Of a stretch of 64,000 nt of DNA, positions 1-14,238 are shown piece by piece. Every line of letters starts with the position of its first letter. Positions within the stretch are counted from its first letter, which is position 1. Below the pieces are notes generated by a model that made no database searches, was not told where the DNA came from, and saw only the letters and a program-made list of their open reading frames with translations. The position numbers and the translations under genes were made by a program. Source of the DNA: Escherichia coli (lineage in GTDB: Bacteria > Pseudomonadota > Gammaproteobacteria > Enterobacterales > Enterobacteriaceae); the NCBI RefSeq assembly GCF_003334405.1, contig NZ_QOWM01000016.1; one strand, written 5' to 3'.

Positions 1-123
1 GCCGGATAAGGCACTTGTGCCGCATCCGGCAATCAATGCCTGATGCGACGCTGTCGCGTCTTATCAGGCCTACAACTGTTGCCGACCCGTAGGCCGGATA
101 AGGCGCTCGCGCCGCATCCGGCA
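1..123. repeat. REP/BIME cluster (three REP palindromes) at the 3' side of rhaA
   Basis: Three GCCGGATAAGGCG...CGCATCCGGC / GCCTGATGCGACG...TTATCAGGCCTAC type imperfect palindromes, the canonical E. coli REP sequence; spurious ORF 43..321 lies inside. Confidence 0.85.
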
Positions 124-127
124 GTGT

Positions 128-3140
<3,013 letters not shown>

Positions 3141-3977
3141 ATGACCGTATTACATAGTGTGGATTTTTTTCCGTCTGGTAACGCGTCCGTGGCGATAGAA
3201 CCCCGGCTCCCGCAGGCGGATTTTCCTGAACATCATCATGATTTTCATGAAATTGTGATTGTCGAACATGGCACGGGTATTCATGTGTTTAATGGGCAGC
3301 CCTATACCATCACCGGTGGCACGGTCTGTTTCGTACGCGATCATGATCGGCATCTGTATGAACATACCGATAATCTGTGTCTGACCAATGTGCTGTATCG
3401 CTCGCCGGATCGATTTCAGTTTCTCGCCGGGCTGAATCAGTTGCTGCCACAAGAGCTGGATGGGCAGTATCCGTCTCACTGGCGCGTTAACCACAGCGTA
3501 TTGCAGCAGGTGCGACAGCTGGTTGCACAGATGGAACAGCAGGAAGGGGAAAATGATTTACCCTCGACCGCCAGTCGCGAGATCTTGTTTATGCAATTAC
3601 TGCTCTTGCTGTGTAAAAGCAGTTTGCAGGAGAACCTGGAAAACAGCGCATCACGTCTCAACTTGCTTCTGGCCTGGCTGGAGGACCATTTTGCCGATGA
3701 GGTGAATTGGGATGCCGTGGCGGATCAATTTTCTCTTTCACTGCGTACGCTACATCGGCAGCTTAAGCAGCAAACGGGACTGACGCCTCAGCGATACCTG
3801 AACCGCCTGCGACTGATGAAAGCCCGACATCTGCTACGCCACAGCGAGGCCAGCGTTACTGACATCGCCTATCGCTGTGGATTCAGCGACAGTAACCACT
3901 TTTCGACGCTTTTTCGCCGAGAGTTTAACTGGTCACCGCGTGATATTCGCCAGGGACGGGATGGCTTTCTGCAATAA
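3141..3977 (+). CDS. rhaS: AraC-family activator of rhaBAD and rhaT
   Basis: 278-aa [44 protein letters not shown]..., C-terminal AraC HTH; AGGAGG RBS at 3130..3135. Confidence 0.95.
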   Translation: MTVLHSVDFFPSGNASVAIEPRLPQADFPEHHHDFHEIVIVEHGTGIHVFNGQPYTITGGTVCFVRDHDRHLYEHTDNLCLTNVLYRSPDRFQFLAGLNQLLPQELDGQYPSHWRVNHSVLQQVRQLVAQMEQQEGENDLPSTASREILFMQLLLLLCKSSLQENLENSASRLNLLLAWLEDHFADEVNWDAVADQFSLSLRTLHRQLKQQTGLTPQRYLNRLRLMKARHLLRHSEASVTDIAYRCGFSDSNHFSTLFRREFNWSPRDIRQGRDGFLQ

Positions 3978-4050
3978 CGCGAATCTTCTCAACGTATTTG
4001 TACGCCATATTGCGAATAATCAACTTCGTTCTCTGGCCGAGGTAGCCACG

Positions 4051-4899
4051 GTGGCGCATCAGTTAAAACTTCTCAAAGATGATTTTTTTGCCAGCGACCA
4101 GCAGGCAGTCGCTGTGGCTGACCGTTATCCGCAAGATGTCTTTGCTGAACATACACATGATTTTTGTGAGCTGGTGATTGTCTGGCGCGGTAATGGCCTG
4201 CATGTACTCAACGATCGCCCTTATCGCATTACCCGTGGCGATCTCTTTTACATTCATGCTGACGATAAACACTCCTACGCTTCCGTTAACGATCTGGTTT
4301 TGCAGAATATTATTTATTGCCCGGAGCGTCTGAAGCTGAATCTTGACTGGCAGGGGGCGATTCCGGGATTTAACGCCAGCGCAGGGCAACCACACTGGCG
4401 CTTAGGTAGCATGGGGATGGCGCAGGCGCGGCAGGTTATCGGTCAGCTTGAGCATGAAAGTAGTCAGCATGTGCCGTTTGCTAACGAAATGGCTGAGTTG
4501 CTGTTCGGGCAGTTGGTGATGTTGCTGAATCGCCATCGTTACACCAGTGATTCGTTGCCGCCAACATCCAGCGAAACGTTGCTGGATAAGCTGATTACCC
4601 GGCTGGCGGCTAGCCTGAAAAGTCCCTTTGCGCTGGATAAATTTTGTGATGAGGCATCGTGCAGTGAGCGCGTTTTGCGTCAGCAATTTCGCCAGCAGAC
4701 TGGAATGACCATCAATCAATATCTGCGACAGGTCAGAGTGTGTCATGCGCAATATCTTCTCCAGCATAGCCGCCTGTTAATCAGTGATATTTCGACCGAA
4801 TGTGGCTTTGAAGATAGTAACTATTTTTCGGTGGTGTTTACCCGGGAAACCGGGATGACGCCCAGCCAGTGGCGTCATCTCAATTCGCAGAAAGATTAA
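4051..4899 (+). CDS. rhaR: AraC-family activator of rhaSR
   Basis: Track ORF 3877..4899 extends upstream into rhaS; the currently accepted 282-aa product starts at GTG 4051 ([13 protein letters not shown]...), an older 312-aa model starts at ATG 3961. AraC-type HTH at the C-terminus. Confidence 0.85.
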   Translation: MAHQLKLLKDDFFASDQQAVAVADRYPQDVFAEHTHDFCELVIVWRGNGLHVLNDRPYRITRGDLFYIHADDKHSYASVNDLVLQNIIYCPERLKLNLDWQGAIPGFNASAGQPHWRLGSMGMAQARQVIGQLEHESSQHVPFANEMAELLFGQLVMLLNRHRYTSDSLPPTSSETLLDKLITRLAASLKSPFALDKFCDEASCSERVLRQQFRQQTGMTINQYLRQVRVCHAQYLLQHSRLLISDISTECGFEDSNYFSVVFTRETGMTPSQWRHLNSQKD

Positions 4900-5930
4900 T
4901 TCGCCATGCCGATGCCGACGATGTTAGCGGCGACAATAATCACCACACAACCGAGGCTCAACACCGTTACCGGACGGCGTCCTGCATTGTTCCACTCTTT
5001 CAGCACCAGCCCGACGATACCGCCGCACAATACATAGAAACTCATATGCAGCATCCAACTGATGTAGTCATACTGCGCCGGAATGCGGGCGTGGCCCCAG
5101 GCATAGAAAAAGAATTGCAGATACCACATCAACCCGCCCAGTGTCGAGAGTAACACATTGTGAATGATCAGCGATTTTGCCAGCGAGAAGTCGGCTTTTA
5201 GCGACAAATCCTTCACTTTTGCCAGACGAATAAAACAGAAACCGAGGTTAATGATCGCGCCGCCGCCCATGATGACAACATAGCTTGGCAGAGCGACATA
5301 CAGTGGATCGACGCCAAGTGCGGCAGCGGCTTCATGCATCGGTTTTGCGGCGTTCATCGCAAAGGACATCCCGGCAGAGAAAATGCCGCACATCACCGCC
5401 AGCACCAGCCCTTTTTTCAGATTGAACTCTTCGGCTTTAATGCCCATCTTGCGCTCTTTCAACTGCCCGGCGCGAGTTACAATCCCTACGCCAATCAGCG
5501 CCACCAGAACGCCGAGCAACGTCATGCGTCCGCCTTCGGTGCTAATCAACACATCGAAATTGCCGTTGATAATTGGCGTCATCAGCGTACCGACAATCAA
5601 CGTAATGCCAATGGCGATGCCAATTCCCATCGACATGCCGAGATAACGCATGGTCAGGCCGTAGTTGATATTACCGATCCCCCACATAGCGCCGAACAGA
5701 AAAACAGGCAGTAGCGTAGAGAGACTAAACGAGCTGTAATACGCCCAGAAATTCGGTAGTAACAGGGCGCTGATGGCCCACGGCAGAATAATCCACGAAA
5801 CAATCCCACCGACTGACCACATGGTTTCCCATGACCATTTTTTTACTTTTTTGAACGGAGCGTAAAAACAGGCTGCACTGGCCGCGCCGATCAAATGCCA
5901 AAATATCCCCATCGTAATCGCGTTACTCAT
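4896..5930 (-). CDS. rhaT: L-rhamnose-proton symporter
   Basis: 344-aa polytopic membrane [37 protein letters not shown]...; stop codon overlaps the rhaR stop. Confidence 0.95.
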   Translation of the reverse strand: MSNAITMGIFWHLIGAASAACFYAPFKKVKKWSWETMWSVGGIVSWIILPWAISALLLPNFWAYYSSFSLSTLLPVFLFGAMWGIGNINYGLTMRYLGMSMGIGIAIGITLIVGTLMTPIINGNFDVLISTEGGRMTLLGVLVALIGVGIVTRAGQLKERKMGIKAEEFNLKKGLVLAVMCGIFSAGMSFAMNAAKPMHEAAAALGVDPLYVALPSYVVIMGGGAIINLGFCFIRLAKVKDLSLKADFSLAKSLIIHNVLLSTLGGLMWYLQFFFYAWGHARIPAQYDYISWMLHMSFYVLCGGIVGLVLKEWNNAGRRPVTVLSLGCVVIIVAANIVGIGMAN

Positions 5931-6121
5931 CTTCTTATCCTCATCATTTTTCGTCGCGTCACATCTCCGACGAGATGAGTGTAAAAATCGTGCTGTCGAT
6001 TAACCTTTCGCCTGTTGCCGCCGTTGTCGATTTACTGGCAATCACGGCATTAAGTGGGTGATTTGCTTCACATCTCGGGCATTTTCCTGCAAAACCATAC
6101 CCTTACGAAAAGTACGGCATT

Positions 6122-6160
6122 GATAATCATTTTCAATATCATTTAATTAACTATAATGAA
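6122..6160 (+). promoter_or_regulatory. sodA promoter with putative Fur box and -10 TATAAT
   Basis: GATAATCATTTTCAATATCATTTAATTAAC resembles the Fur consensus GATAATGATAATCATTATC; TATAAT at 6152..6157, about 60 bp upstream of the sodA ATG. Confidence 0.5.
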
Positions 6161-6214
6161 CCAACTGCTTACGCGGCATTAACAATCGGCCGCCCGACAA
6201 TACTGGAGATGAAT

Positions 6215-6835
6215 ATGAGCTATACCCTGCCATCCCTGCCGTATGCTTACGATGCCCTGGAACCGCACTTCGATAAGCAGACCATGGAAATCCACCACAC
6301 CAAACACCATCAGACCTACGTAAACAACGCCAACGCGGCGCTGGAAAGCCTGCCAGAATTTGCCAACCTGCCGGTTGAAGAGCTGATCACCAAACTGGAC
6401 CAGCTGCCAGCAGACAAGAAAACCGTACTGCGCAACAACGCTGGCGGTCACGCTAACCACAGCCTGTTCTGGAAAGGTCTGAAAAAAGGCACCACCCTGC
6501 AGGGTGACCTGAAAGCGGCTATCGAACGTGACTTCGGCTCCGTTGATAACTTCAAAGCAGAATTTGAAAAAGCGGCAGCTTCCCGCTTTGGTTCCGGCTG
6601 GGCATGGCTGGTGCTGAAAGGCGATAAACTGGCGGTGGTTTCTACTGCTAACCAGGATTCTCCGCTGATGGGTGAAGCTATTTCTGGCGCTTCCGGCTTC
6701 CCGATTATGGGCCTGGATGTGTGGGAACATGCTTACTACCTGAAATTCCAGAACCGCCGTCCGGACTACATTAAAGAGTTCTGGAACGTGGTGAACTGGG
6801 ACGAAGCAGCGGCACGTTTTGCGGCGAAAAAATAA
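6215..6835 (+). CDS. sodA: manganese superoxide dismutase
   Basis: Track ORF 6209..6835 trimmed to [36 protein letters not shown] (206 aa); Mn/Fe-SOD signature residues. Confidence 0.95.
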   Translation: MSYTLPSLPYAYDALEPHFDKQTMEIHHTKHHQTYVNNANAALESLPEFANLPVEELITKLDQLPADKKTVLRNNAGGHANHSLFWKGLKKGTTLQGDLKAAIERDFGSVDNFKAEFEKAAASRFGSGWAWLVLKGDKLAVVSTANQDSPLMGEAISGASGFPIMGLDVWEHAYYLKFQNRRPDYIKEFWNVVNWDEAAARFAAKK

Positions 6836-6892
6836 TCATTTGCCGCCTGCTGCAATGAGGCGTATAGGCCGCATATCAGCTTAAAAAATGAA

Positions 6893-6918
6893 CCATCGCC
6901 AACGGCGGTGGTTTTTTT
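6893..6918 (+). terminator. Intrinsic terminator downstream of sodA
   Basis: Hairpin CCATCGCC-AAC-GGCGGTGG followed by TTTTTTT. Confidence 0.7.
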
Positions 6919-7094
6919 GTGATCAATTTCAAAATAAAAACAATGATCCGATAAAAATAAAACAGCGTTTCAATTGATGTGGTTTTGATCACTTTTATTG
7001 ATTAAATGAATGTCTATCTTCGTTTCCATCAACACTGATGCTCCATTGAGGAATTACGCATCAGCCCTTAAAAATATGCCGACAGGTGATGGAA

Positions 7095-8078
7095 ATGCAG
7101 ATAAAACGCTCGATTGAGAAAATCCCGGGGGGGATGATGCTCGTCCCGCTATTCCTTGGCGCACTGTGCCACACCTTCTCGCCGGGGGCGGGGAAATATT
7201 TTGGATCATTCACCAACGGGATGATTACCGGTACGGTGCCCATTCTGGCGGTGTGGTTTTTTTGCATGGGGGCGTCAATAAAATTAAGCGCGACGGGAAC
7301 GGTACTGCGTAAATCCGGTACGCTGGTGGTAACTAAAATTGCCGTCGCGTGGGTGGTTGCGGCAATTGCCTCGCGTATTATTCCGGAACATGGTGTTGAA
7401 GTTGGATTCTTTGCCGGACTTTCAACGCTGGCGCTGGTGGCGGCGATGGATATGACCAATGGCGGACTTTACGCTTCCATCATGCAGCAGTACGGCACAA
7501 AAGAAGAAGCTGGGGCATTTGTGTTGATGTCGTTGGAGTCCGGGCCGCTCATGACGATGATTATTCTGGGCACTGCCGGGATTGCCTCGTTTGAACCGCA
7601 TGTTTTCGTCGGCGCAGTATTACCGTTCCTGGTGGGCTTTGCCCTGGGGAACCTTGACCCTGAATTGCGAGAATTTTTCAGCAAAGCGGTGCAAACGCTG
7701 ATTCCATTCTTTGCCTTCGCGCTGGGCAATACCATTGATTTGACTGTGATTGCCCAGACTGGTTTGCTGGGGATCCTGTTGGGTGTGGCAGTAATTATCG
7801 TGACCGGTATTCCGTTGATTATCGCCGATAAATTGATTGGCGGTGGCGATGGCACTGCCGGAATTGCCGCTTCCAGTTCCGCAGGGGCCGCGGTAGCGAC
7901 ACCTGTGCTGATTGCAGAAATGGTGCCTGCGTTTAAACCGATGGCTCCGGCAGCAACTTCGCTGGTAGCGACGGCGGTCATTGTGACTTCGATTCTGGTG
8001 CCAATTCTTACCTCTATCTGGTCACGTAAAGTCAAAGCCAGAGCAGCGAAAATCGAAATTTTAGGTACGGTGAAATAA
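7095..8078 (+). CDS. kdgT: 2-keto-3-deoxygluconate permease
   Basis: Track ORF 7086..8078 trimmed to [28 protein letters not shown] (327 aa); polytopic membrane protein. Confidence 0.9.
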
Positions 8079-8226
8079 ACCTGCTTCCTTAATCCCCACA
8101 GCCGGATGAACTAACGTTCGTCCGGTTTGCTATTGAGTTCCTGCCTGGATACTTACCGCGAAAACAGCACGCCTGACATAAAATAAATATGGTCTAATGG
8201 GGAAATTTCTCGTGGAGAGGGAACAG

Positions 8227-8901
8227 ATGCGATATCCGGTTGATGTATACACAGGCAAGATTCAGGCTTATCCCGAAGGCAAACCCAGCGCAATTGCTAA
8301 AATCCAGGTTGATGGTGAGTTGATGCTGACGGAGCTGGGGCTGGAAGGTGACGAGCAGGCGGAGAAAAAGGTTCACGGCGGGCCAGACAGAGCGCTGTGT
8401 CATTATCCTCGTGAGCATTATCTCTACTGGGCGCGGGAATTTCCGGAACAGGCGGAGTTGTTTGTTGCGCCTGCGTTTGGTGAAAACCTCTCAACCGACG
8501 GCCTGACGGAAAGTAATGTTTATATGGGCGATATTTTCCGCTGGGGAGAGGCATTAATTCAGGTCAGCCAGCCGCGCTCGCCTTGCTATAAACTCAATTA
8601 CCATTTTGATATCAGCGATATAGCGCAGTTGATGCAAAACACAGGTAAGGTGGGGTGGTTGTATAGCGTGATAGCGCCAGGGAAAGTGTCTGCGGACGCG
8701 CCGCTGGAGTTGGTTTCCCGTGTCAGCGATGTGACCGTGCAGGAGGCTGCCGCCATCGCATGGCATATGCCGTTTGATGACGATCAATATCACCGTTTAC
8801 TCTCCGCTGCCGGGTTATCGAAAAGCTGGACGCGGACGATGCAAAAGCGCCGACTGAGCGGCAAGATCGAAGATTTTTCCCGCCGGTTGTGGGGAAAATA
8901 A
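8227..8901 (+). CDS. yiiM: MOSC-domain protein (6-N-hydroxylaminopurine resistance)
   Basis: Track ORF 8197..8901 trimmed to MRYPVDVYTGKIQAYPEGKPSAIAKIQVDGE (224 aa). Confidence 0.85.
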   Translation: MRYPVDVYTGKIQAYPEGKPSAIAKIQVDGELMLTELGLEGDEQAEKKVHGGPDRALCHYPREHYLYWAREFPEQAELFVAPAFGENLSTDGLTESNVYMGDIFRWGEALIQVSQPRSPCYKLNYHFDISDIAQLMQNTGKVGWLYSVIAPGKVSADAPLELVSRVSDVTVQEAAAIAWHMPFDDDQYHRLLSAAGLSKSWTRTMQKRRLSGKIEDFSRRLWGK

Positions 8902-8911
8902 CCCCCGGAGT

Positions 8912-8992
8912 GTAGGCCTGATAAGACGCTATCAGCGTCGCATCAGGCATCCTGCTCAAATGCCGGATGCGGCGTAAACGCCTTATCCTGCC
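8912..8992. repeat. REP/BIME between convergent yiiM and cpxA
   Basis: GTAGGCCTGATAAGACGCTATCAGCGTCGCATCAGGC and a degenerate GCCGGATGCGGCGTAAACGCCTTATCC palindrome. Confidence 0.8.
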
Positions 8993-9006
8993 TGCAAATG
9001 CGAAGT

Positions 9007-10380
9007 TTAACTCCGCTTATACAGCGGCAACCAAATCACCAGCCGTAAACCGCCCAGCGGGCTGTCTTCTGCCTTCACCCAGCCACGATGCTGCTGAATG
9101 GCGGTTTCAACAATCGCCAGCCCCAAACCTGTACCGCCAGATTCACGATCGCGTGCTTCATCGGTACGATAGAACGGACGGAAAATCTGTTCGCGATCTT
9201 CCGGGCTAACGCCAGGACCATCGTCGTCCACCGTAATGGTGATACCGTCTTTATCTACCGCAAAGCCCACTTCAATCTTCGTATGGGAATAACGCAGAGC
9301 ATTACGAACAATGTTTTCCAGCGCACTTTCCAGGGCGTTCGGATTGCCGTACAGCGGCCACGGCCCAGGCGGGAAGTTAACTGTCAACGACTTGCCCATT
9401 TGCTCGGCTTCGAACGCCGCGTTATCCAGCACTTCACTCCACAACTGGTTGGCTTTGATGGTTTCGCTAACCAGCGCGTTTTTTTGCTGATTACGTGACA
9501 TCACCAACAGATCGTTGATCATGCTGTCCAGACGTTGCGCTTCGGTTTCAATACGCTCCAGTTCCTTGCTTTCACCGCTACGACGGCGCAGTAACGCCGT
9601 ACCCAGTTGCAGACGCGTCAGCGGGGTGCGCAGCTCGTGAGAGATATCAGAAAGCAGACGCTGCTGAGAGGTCATCATGCGCTCCAGCGCGGTGACCATC
9701 TGGTTAAAACTGGCACCTGCGGCAAGGAATTCCTGTGGCCCCGCTTCCAGTTCCGGGTGCTGGCGTAAGTTTCCCTGGGCAACTTCATCGGCAGCGTTTT
9801 TCAGCTTACGCGCCGGTTTTGCCAGACTCCAGGCCAACCACAACAGCAGCGGCGTACTGACCAACATGGTGACAATCAGCAGTAATAGCGGGCGGTCAAA
9901 CAGTAAGTTAATGAAATCGGATTGAGAACTGCTGGCCGGACGAATCAGATAAAGTTGGTAATTATCTTCGCCATCACGCACGGAGAACGGACCGACCAGT
10001 TCCACGCGGCCATACTTTTTCTTCTGCGGATGATCGGCGTTATCGGCCTGACCAATAAAGTTACGAATGATCTGCATTTCGCTGCGTTCAGCGCCGATCA
10101 CGCGGCCTTCGGTGGTCACCAATAACAAACGCTGTCCTGGCGGTGCCCACTTATCAATCGCCCGGAACAGACGCCGCCACCACATTAAATCGTTGGGCGG
10201 ATCGTTCGCCAGCTCCGCTTCGACATGCTGCTCAATCATCAGCCCCTGACGCTGTTCGCTATCCAGAAGCTCGGTCATCTGGCGTGAATCGAGCTTGGGT
10301 AACATCAAAACCAACATCAACACCAGCGCCAGCGTCAGCCAGAAGATGGCGAAGATGCGCGCGGTTAAGCTGCCTATCAT
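9007..10380 (-). CDS. cpxA: envelope-stress sensor histidine kinase
   Basis: 457-aa ORF, MIGSLTARIFAIFWLTLALVLMLVLMLPKLDSRQ...; H-box SDISHELRTPLTRL; 4-bp ATGA overlap with cpxR. Confidence 0.95.
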   Translation of the reverse strand: MIGSLTARIFAIFWLTLALVLMLVLMLPKLDSRQMTELLDSEQRQGLMIEQHVEAELANDPPNDLMWWRRLFRAIDKWAPPGQRLLLVTTEGRVIGAERSEMQIIRNFIGQADNADHPQKKKYGRVELVGPFSVRDGEDNYQLYLIRPASSSQSDFINLLFDRPLLLLIVTMLVSTPLLLWLAWSLAKPARKLKNAADEVAQGNLRQHPELEAGPQEFLAAGASFNQMVTALERMMTSQQRLLSDISHELRTPLTRLQLGTALLRRRSGESKELERIETEAQRLDSMINDLLVMSRNQQKNALVSETIKANQLWSEVLDNAAFEAEQMGKSLTVNFPPGPWPLYGNPNALESALENIVRNALRYSHTKIEVGFAVDKDGITITVDDDGPGVSPEDREQIFRPFYRTDEARDRESGGTGLGLAIVETAIQQHRGWVKAEDSPLGGLRLVIWLPLYKRS

Positions 10381-11075
10381 GAAGCAGAAACCATCAGATA
10401 GCCGCGACCACGCAAGGTTTTAAACCACGGGTGACCATCTTTACGATCCGGCAGTTTACGACGCAGGTTGGAAATGTGCATATCAATAGCGCGGTCGAAA
10501 GGCGTCAGGCGTTTGCCCAACACTTCCTGGCTTAAATGTTCACGGGAAACCACCTGACCCAGATGCTGTGCCAGCAAATAGAGCAGGGTAAACTCAGTAC
10601 CGGTTAACTCCAGCGTTTGCCCGTCGAAGCTGGCTTCCTGACGGCCTGGATTCAGCACTAAGGCATCAACTTCCAGTGTCGGTGAACCGTTGTCGTTGTT
10701 TTGCTGTTGCTCGCTCCAGTGCGAACGGCGCAGGATCGCGCGAATACGTGCCACCAGCTCACGATCATTAAACGGTTTCGGGAGATAGTCATCTGCGCCC
10801 AGCTCAAGGCCGAGAACGCGATCAAGTTCACTGCCGCGCGCCGTCAACATAATGACAGGCGTCTGGTGTGTCTGGCGAAGTGCTTTTAATGTGTCGATAC
10901 CATTTTTCTTCGGCATCATTACGTCAAGCAAAAGTAAATCAATGCTGTCGTCCAGAAGATCAAGCGCCTGTTCCCCATCGTGGGCAACAATCACGTTGAA
11001 GCCTTCCATCTCGAGCAGCTCCTTTAATAGGGAAGTCAGCTCTCGGTCATCATCAACTAACAGGATTTTATTCAT
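10377..11075 (-). CDS. cpxR: envelope-stress response regulator (OmpR family)
   Basis: 232-aa ORF, MNKILLVDDDRELTSLLKELLEMEGFNVIVAHDGEQALDLL... Confidence 0.95.
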   Translation of the reverse strand: MNKILLVDDDRELTSLLKELLEMEGFNVIVAHDGEQALDLLDDSIDLLLLDVMMPKKNGIDTLKALRQTHQTPVIMLTARGSELDRVLGLELGADDYLPKPFNDRELVARIRAILRRSHWSEQQQNNDNGSPTLEVDALVLNPGRQEASFDGQTLELTGTEFTLLYLLAQHLGQVVSREHLSQEVLGKRLTPFDRAIDMHISNLRRKLPDRKDGHPWFKTLRGRGYLMVSAS

Positions 11076-11130
11076 TGTTTAAATACCTCCGAGGCAGAAA
11101 TTACGTCATCAGACGTCGCTAATCCATGAC

Positions 11131-11145
11131 TTTACGTTGTTTTAC
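11131..11145. promoter_or_regulatory. CpxR box (GTAAA-N5-GTAAA, here as TTTAC-GTTGT-TTTAC) in the cpxRA / cpxP divergent region
   Basis: Exact tandem pentamer with 5-bp spacer between divergent cpxR and cpxP; matches the published CpxR-P consensus as recalled. Confidence 0.75.
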
Positions 11146-11224
11146 ACCCCCTGACGCATGTTTGCAGCCTGAATCGTAAACTCTCTATCGTTGAATCGCG
11201 ACAGAAAGATTTTGGGAGCAAATG

Positions 11225-11725
11225 ATGCGCATAGTTACCGCTGCCGTCATGGCCTCAACGCTGGCAGTCAGTTCATTAAGCCACGCTGCTGAAGTCGGTT
11301 CAGGCGATAACTGGCATCCGGGTGAAGAACTTACGCAGCGCAGTACGCAGAGCCATATGTTCGACGGCATAAGTTTAACCGAACATCAGCGTCAGCAGAT
11401 GCGAGATCTTATGCAACAGGCCCGGCACGAACAGCCTCCTGTTAATGTTAGCGAACTGGAGACAATGCATCGCCTTGTCACCGCAGAAAATTTTGATGAA
11501 AACGCTGTGCGCGCACAGGCAGAAAAAATGGCGAATGAGCAAATTGCTCGTCAGGTTGAGATGGCAAAAGTCCGCAACCAAATGTATCGCCTGTTAACGC
11601 CGGAGCAGCAAGCGGTTTTAAACGAGAAACATCAACAACGAATGGAGCAGTTGCGTGACGTGACGCAATGGCAAAAAAGTTCATCGTTGAAGCTATTGAG
11701 TAGTAGCAACTCACGTTCCCAGTAG
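11225..11725 (+). CDS. cpxP: periplasmic Cpx pathway inhibitor/adaptor
   Basis: Track ORF 11222..11725 trimmed to [33 protein letters not shown] (166 aa); signal peptide, two LTxxQ motifs. Confidence 0.93.
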
Positions 11726-11734
11726 TAAACCCTG

Positions 11735-11792
11735 TTTTCCTTGCCATAGACACCATCCCTGTCTTCCCCCACATGCTGTGGGGGTTTTTTTT
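11735..11792 (+). ncRNA. cpxQ: CpxQ-like 3'-UTR-derived sRNA (cpxP 3' UTR plus terminator)
   Basis: About 58 nt from just after the cpxP stop to the terminator CCCCCACA-TGC-TGTGGGGG-TTTTTTTT (11766..11792); matches my recollection of CpxQ; the 5' end is processing-defined and approximate. Confidence 0.5.
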
Positions 11793-11873
11793 ATCCTCAA
11801 TTTGCCTGCTGCTTAATGCATTGCAGATGATTTGCTTCCGTTATACTAGCGTCAGTTGATAGCGGGAGTATTT

Positions 11874-12776
11874 ATGAATCAATCTTATGGACGGCTGGTC
11901 AGTCGGGCGGCGATTGCTGCGACGGCGATGGCTTCGCTGCTATTGCTGATTAAAATTTTTGCATGGTGGTATACCGGGTCGGTGAGTATTCTCGCCGCGC
12001 TGGTGGATTCGCTGGTGGATATCGGCGCGTCGTTGACGAATTTATTGGTGGTGCGATATTCCCTGCAACCTGCCGACGATAATCACTCGTTTGGTCACGG
12101 TAAAGCTGAGTCCCTCGCGGCGCTGGCGCAAAGTATGTTTATCTCCGGTTCGGCACTATTCCTGTTTTTGACGGGTATTCAACATCTGATATCTCCAACA
12201 CCGATGACAGATCCAGGCGTCGGGGTTATCGTGACAATTGTGGCGCTAATTTGTACGATTATCCTTGTCTCGTTTCAGCGTTGGGTGGTGCGGCGGACGC
12301 AAAGCCAGGCGGTGCGGGCTGATATGCTACATTACCAGTCTGATGTTATGATGAACGGCGCAATTCTGCTGGCGCTGGGGTTGTCCTGGTACGGCTGGCA
12401 TCGCGCCGATGCTCTGTTTGCATTGGGAATCGGCATCTATATTTTATATAGCGCGTTACGCATGGGATATGAGGCGGTACAGTCATTACTGGATCGCGCA
12501 TTGCCTGATGAGGAACGGCAAGAAATTATTGATATCGTGACTTCCTGGCCGGGTGTTAGCGGCGCTCACGATCTTCGCACGCGGCAGTCAGGGCCGACCC
12601 GCTTTATTCAGATTCATTTGGAAATGGAAGACTCTCTGCCTTTGGTTCAGGCACATATGGTGGCGGATCAGGTAGAGCAGGCTATTTTACGGCGTTTTCC
12701 GGGATCGGATGTAATTATCCATCAGGACCCCTGTTCCGTCGTACCCAGGGAGGGTAAACGGTCTATGCTTTCATAA
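11874..12776 (+). CDS. fieF: cation-diffusion-facilitator Fe/Zn efflux transporter
   Basis: Track ORF 11856..12776 trimmed to [35 protein letters not shown] (300 aa). Confidence 0.9.
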
Positions 12777-12956
12777 TCAGTATAAAAGAGAGCCAGACCC
12801 GCATTTTGTGTATAAAATACCGCCATTTGGCCTGACCTGAATCAATTCAGCAGGAAGTGATTGTTATACTATTTGCACATTCGTTGGATCACTTCGATGT
12901 GCAAGAAGACTTCCGGCAACAGATTTCATTTTGCATTCCAAAGTTCAGAGGTAGTC

Positions 12957-13919
12957 ATGATTAAGAAAATCGGTGTGTTGACAAGCGGCGGTGATGCGCC
13001 AGGCATGAACGCCGCAATTCGCGGGGTTGTTCGTTCTGCGCTGACAGAAGGTCTGGAAGTAATGGGTATTTATGACGGCTATCTGGGTCTGTATGAAGAC
13101 CGTATGGTACAGCTAGACCGTTACAGCGTGTCTGACATGATCAACCGTGGCGGTACGTTCCTCGGTTCTGCGCGTTTCCCGGAATTCCGCGACGAGAACA
13201 TCCGCGCCGTGGCTATCGAAAACCTGAAAAAACGTGGTATCGACGCGCTGGTGGTTATCGGCGGTGACGGTTCCTACATGGGTGCAATGCGTCTGACCGA
13301 AATGGGCTTCCCGTGCATCGGTCTGCCGGGCACTATCGACAACGACATCAAAGGCACTGACTACACTATCGGTTTCTTCACTGCGCTGAGCACCGTTGTA
13401 GAAGCGATCGACCGTCTGCGTGACACCTCTTCTTCTCACCAGCGTATTTCCGTGGTGGAAGTGATGGGCCGTTATTGTGGAGATCTGACGTTGGCTGCGG
13501 CCATTGCCGGTGGCTGTGAATTCGTTGTGGTTCCGGAAGTTGAATTCAGCCGTGAAGACCTGGTAAACGAAATCAAAGCGGGTATCGCGAAAGGTAAAAA
13601 ACACGCGATCGTGGCGATTACCGAACATATGTGTGATGTTGACGAACTGGCGCATTTCATCGAGAAAGAAACCGGTCGTGAAACCCGCGCAACTGTGCTG
13701 GGCCACATCCAGCGCGGTGGTTCTCCGGTGCCTTACGACCGTATTCTGGCTTCCCGTATGGGCGCTTACGCTATCGATCTGCTGCTGGCAGGTTACGGCG
13801 GTCGTTGTGTAGGTATCCAGAACGAACAGCTGGTTCACCACGACATCATCGACGCTATCGAAAACATGAAGCGTCCGTTCAAAGGTGACTGGCTGGACTG
13901 CGCGAAAAAACTGTATTAA
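12957..13919 (+). CDS. pfkA: 6-phosphofructokinase I
   Basis: Track ORF 12861..13919 trimmed to [29 protein letters not shown] (320 aa); the PFK GGDGS motif is present. Confidence 0.95.
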
Positions 13920-13976
13920 TGATTTCGGAAAAAGGCAGATTCCTTTACCCTGAAACCGATGACAGAAGCAAAAATG

Positions 13977-14074
13977 CCTGATGCGCTTCGCTTATCAGGC
14001 CTACATGAATTCTGCAATTTATTGAATTTGCAAACTTTTGTAGGCCGGATAAGGCGTTCGCGCCGCATCCGGCA
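13977..14074. repeat. REP/BIME between pfkA and sbp
   Basis: GCCTGATGCGCTTCGCTTATCAGGCCTAC and GTAGGCCGGATAAGGCGTTCGCGCCGCATCCGGCA; spurious ORF 13959..14156 lies inside. Confidence 0.85.
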
Positions 14075-14238
14075 TGGACAAAGCGCACTTTGTCAGCAAT
14101 ATGAGGCGGATTTCTTCCGCCTTTTTAATCCCTCAACATATACCCGCAAGTTATAGCCAATCTTTTTTTATTCTTTAATGTTTGGTTAACCTTCTGGCAC
14201 GCTTTGCTCATCACAACACAACATAAGAGAGTCGGGCG

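Noticed and set aside
3877-4050. N-terminal extension of rhaR (track ORF starts at 3877, 340 aa)
   Set aside because: The extension overlaps the rhaS 3' end in another frame; the accepted RhaR product starts at GTG 4051 (282 aa), or at ATG 3961 in older models. The 3877 start is an ORF-finder artefact.
13113-13841. 242-aa ORF on the minus strand
   Set aside because: Entirely antisense to pfkA; no independent start context; composition typical of a shadow ORF.
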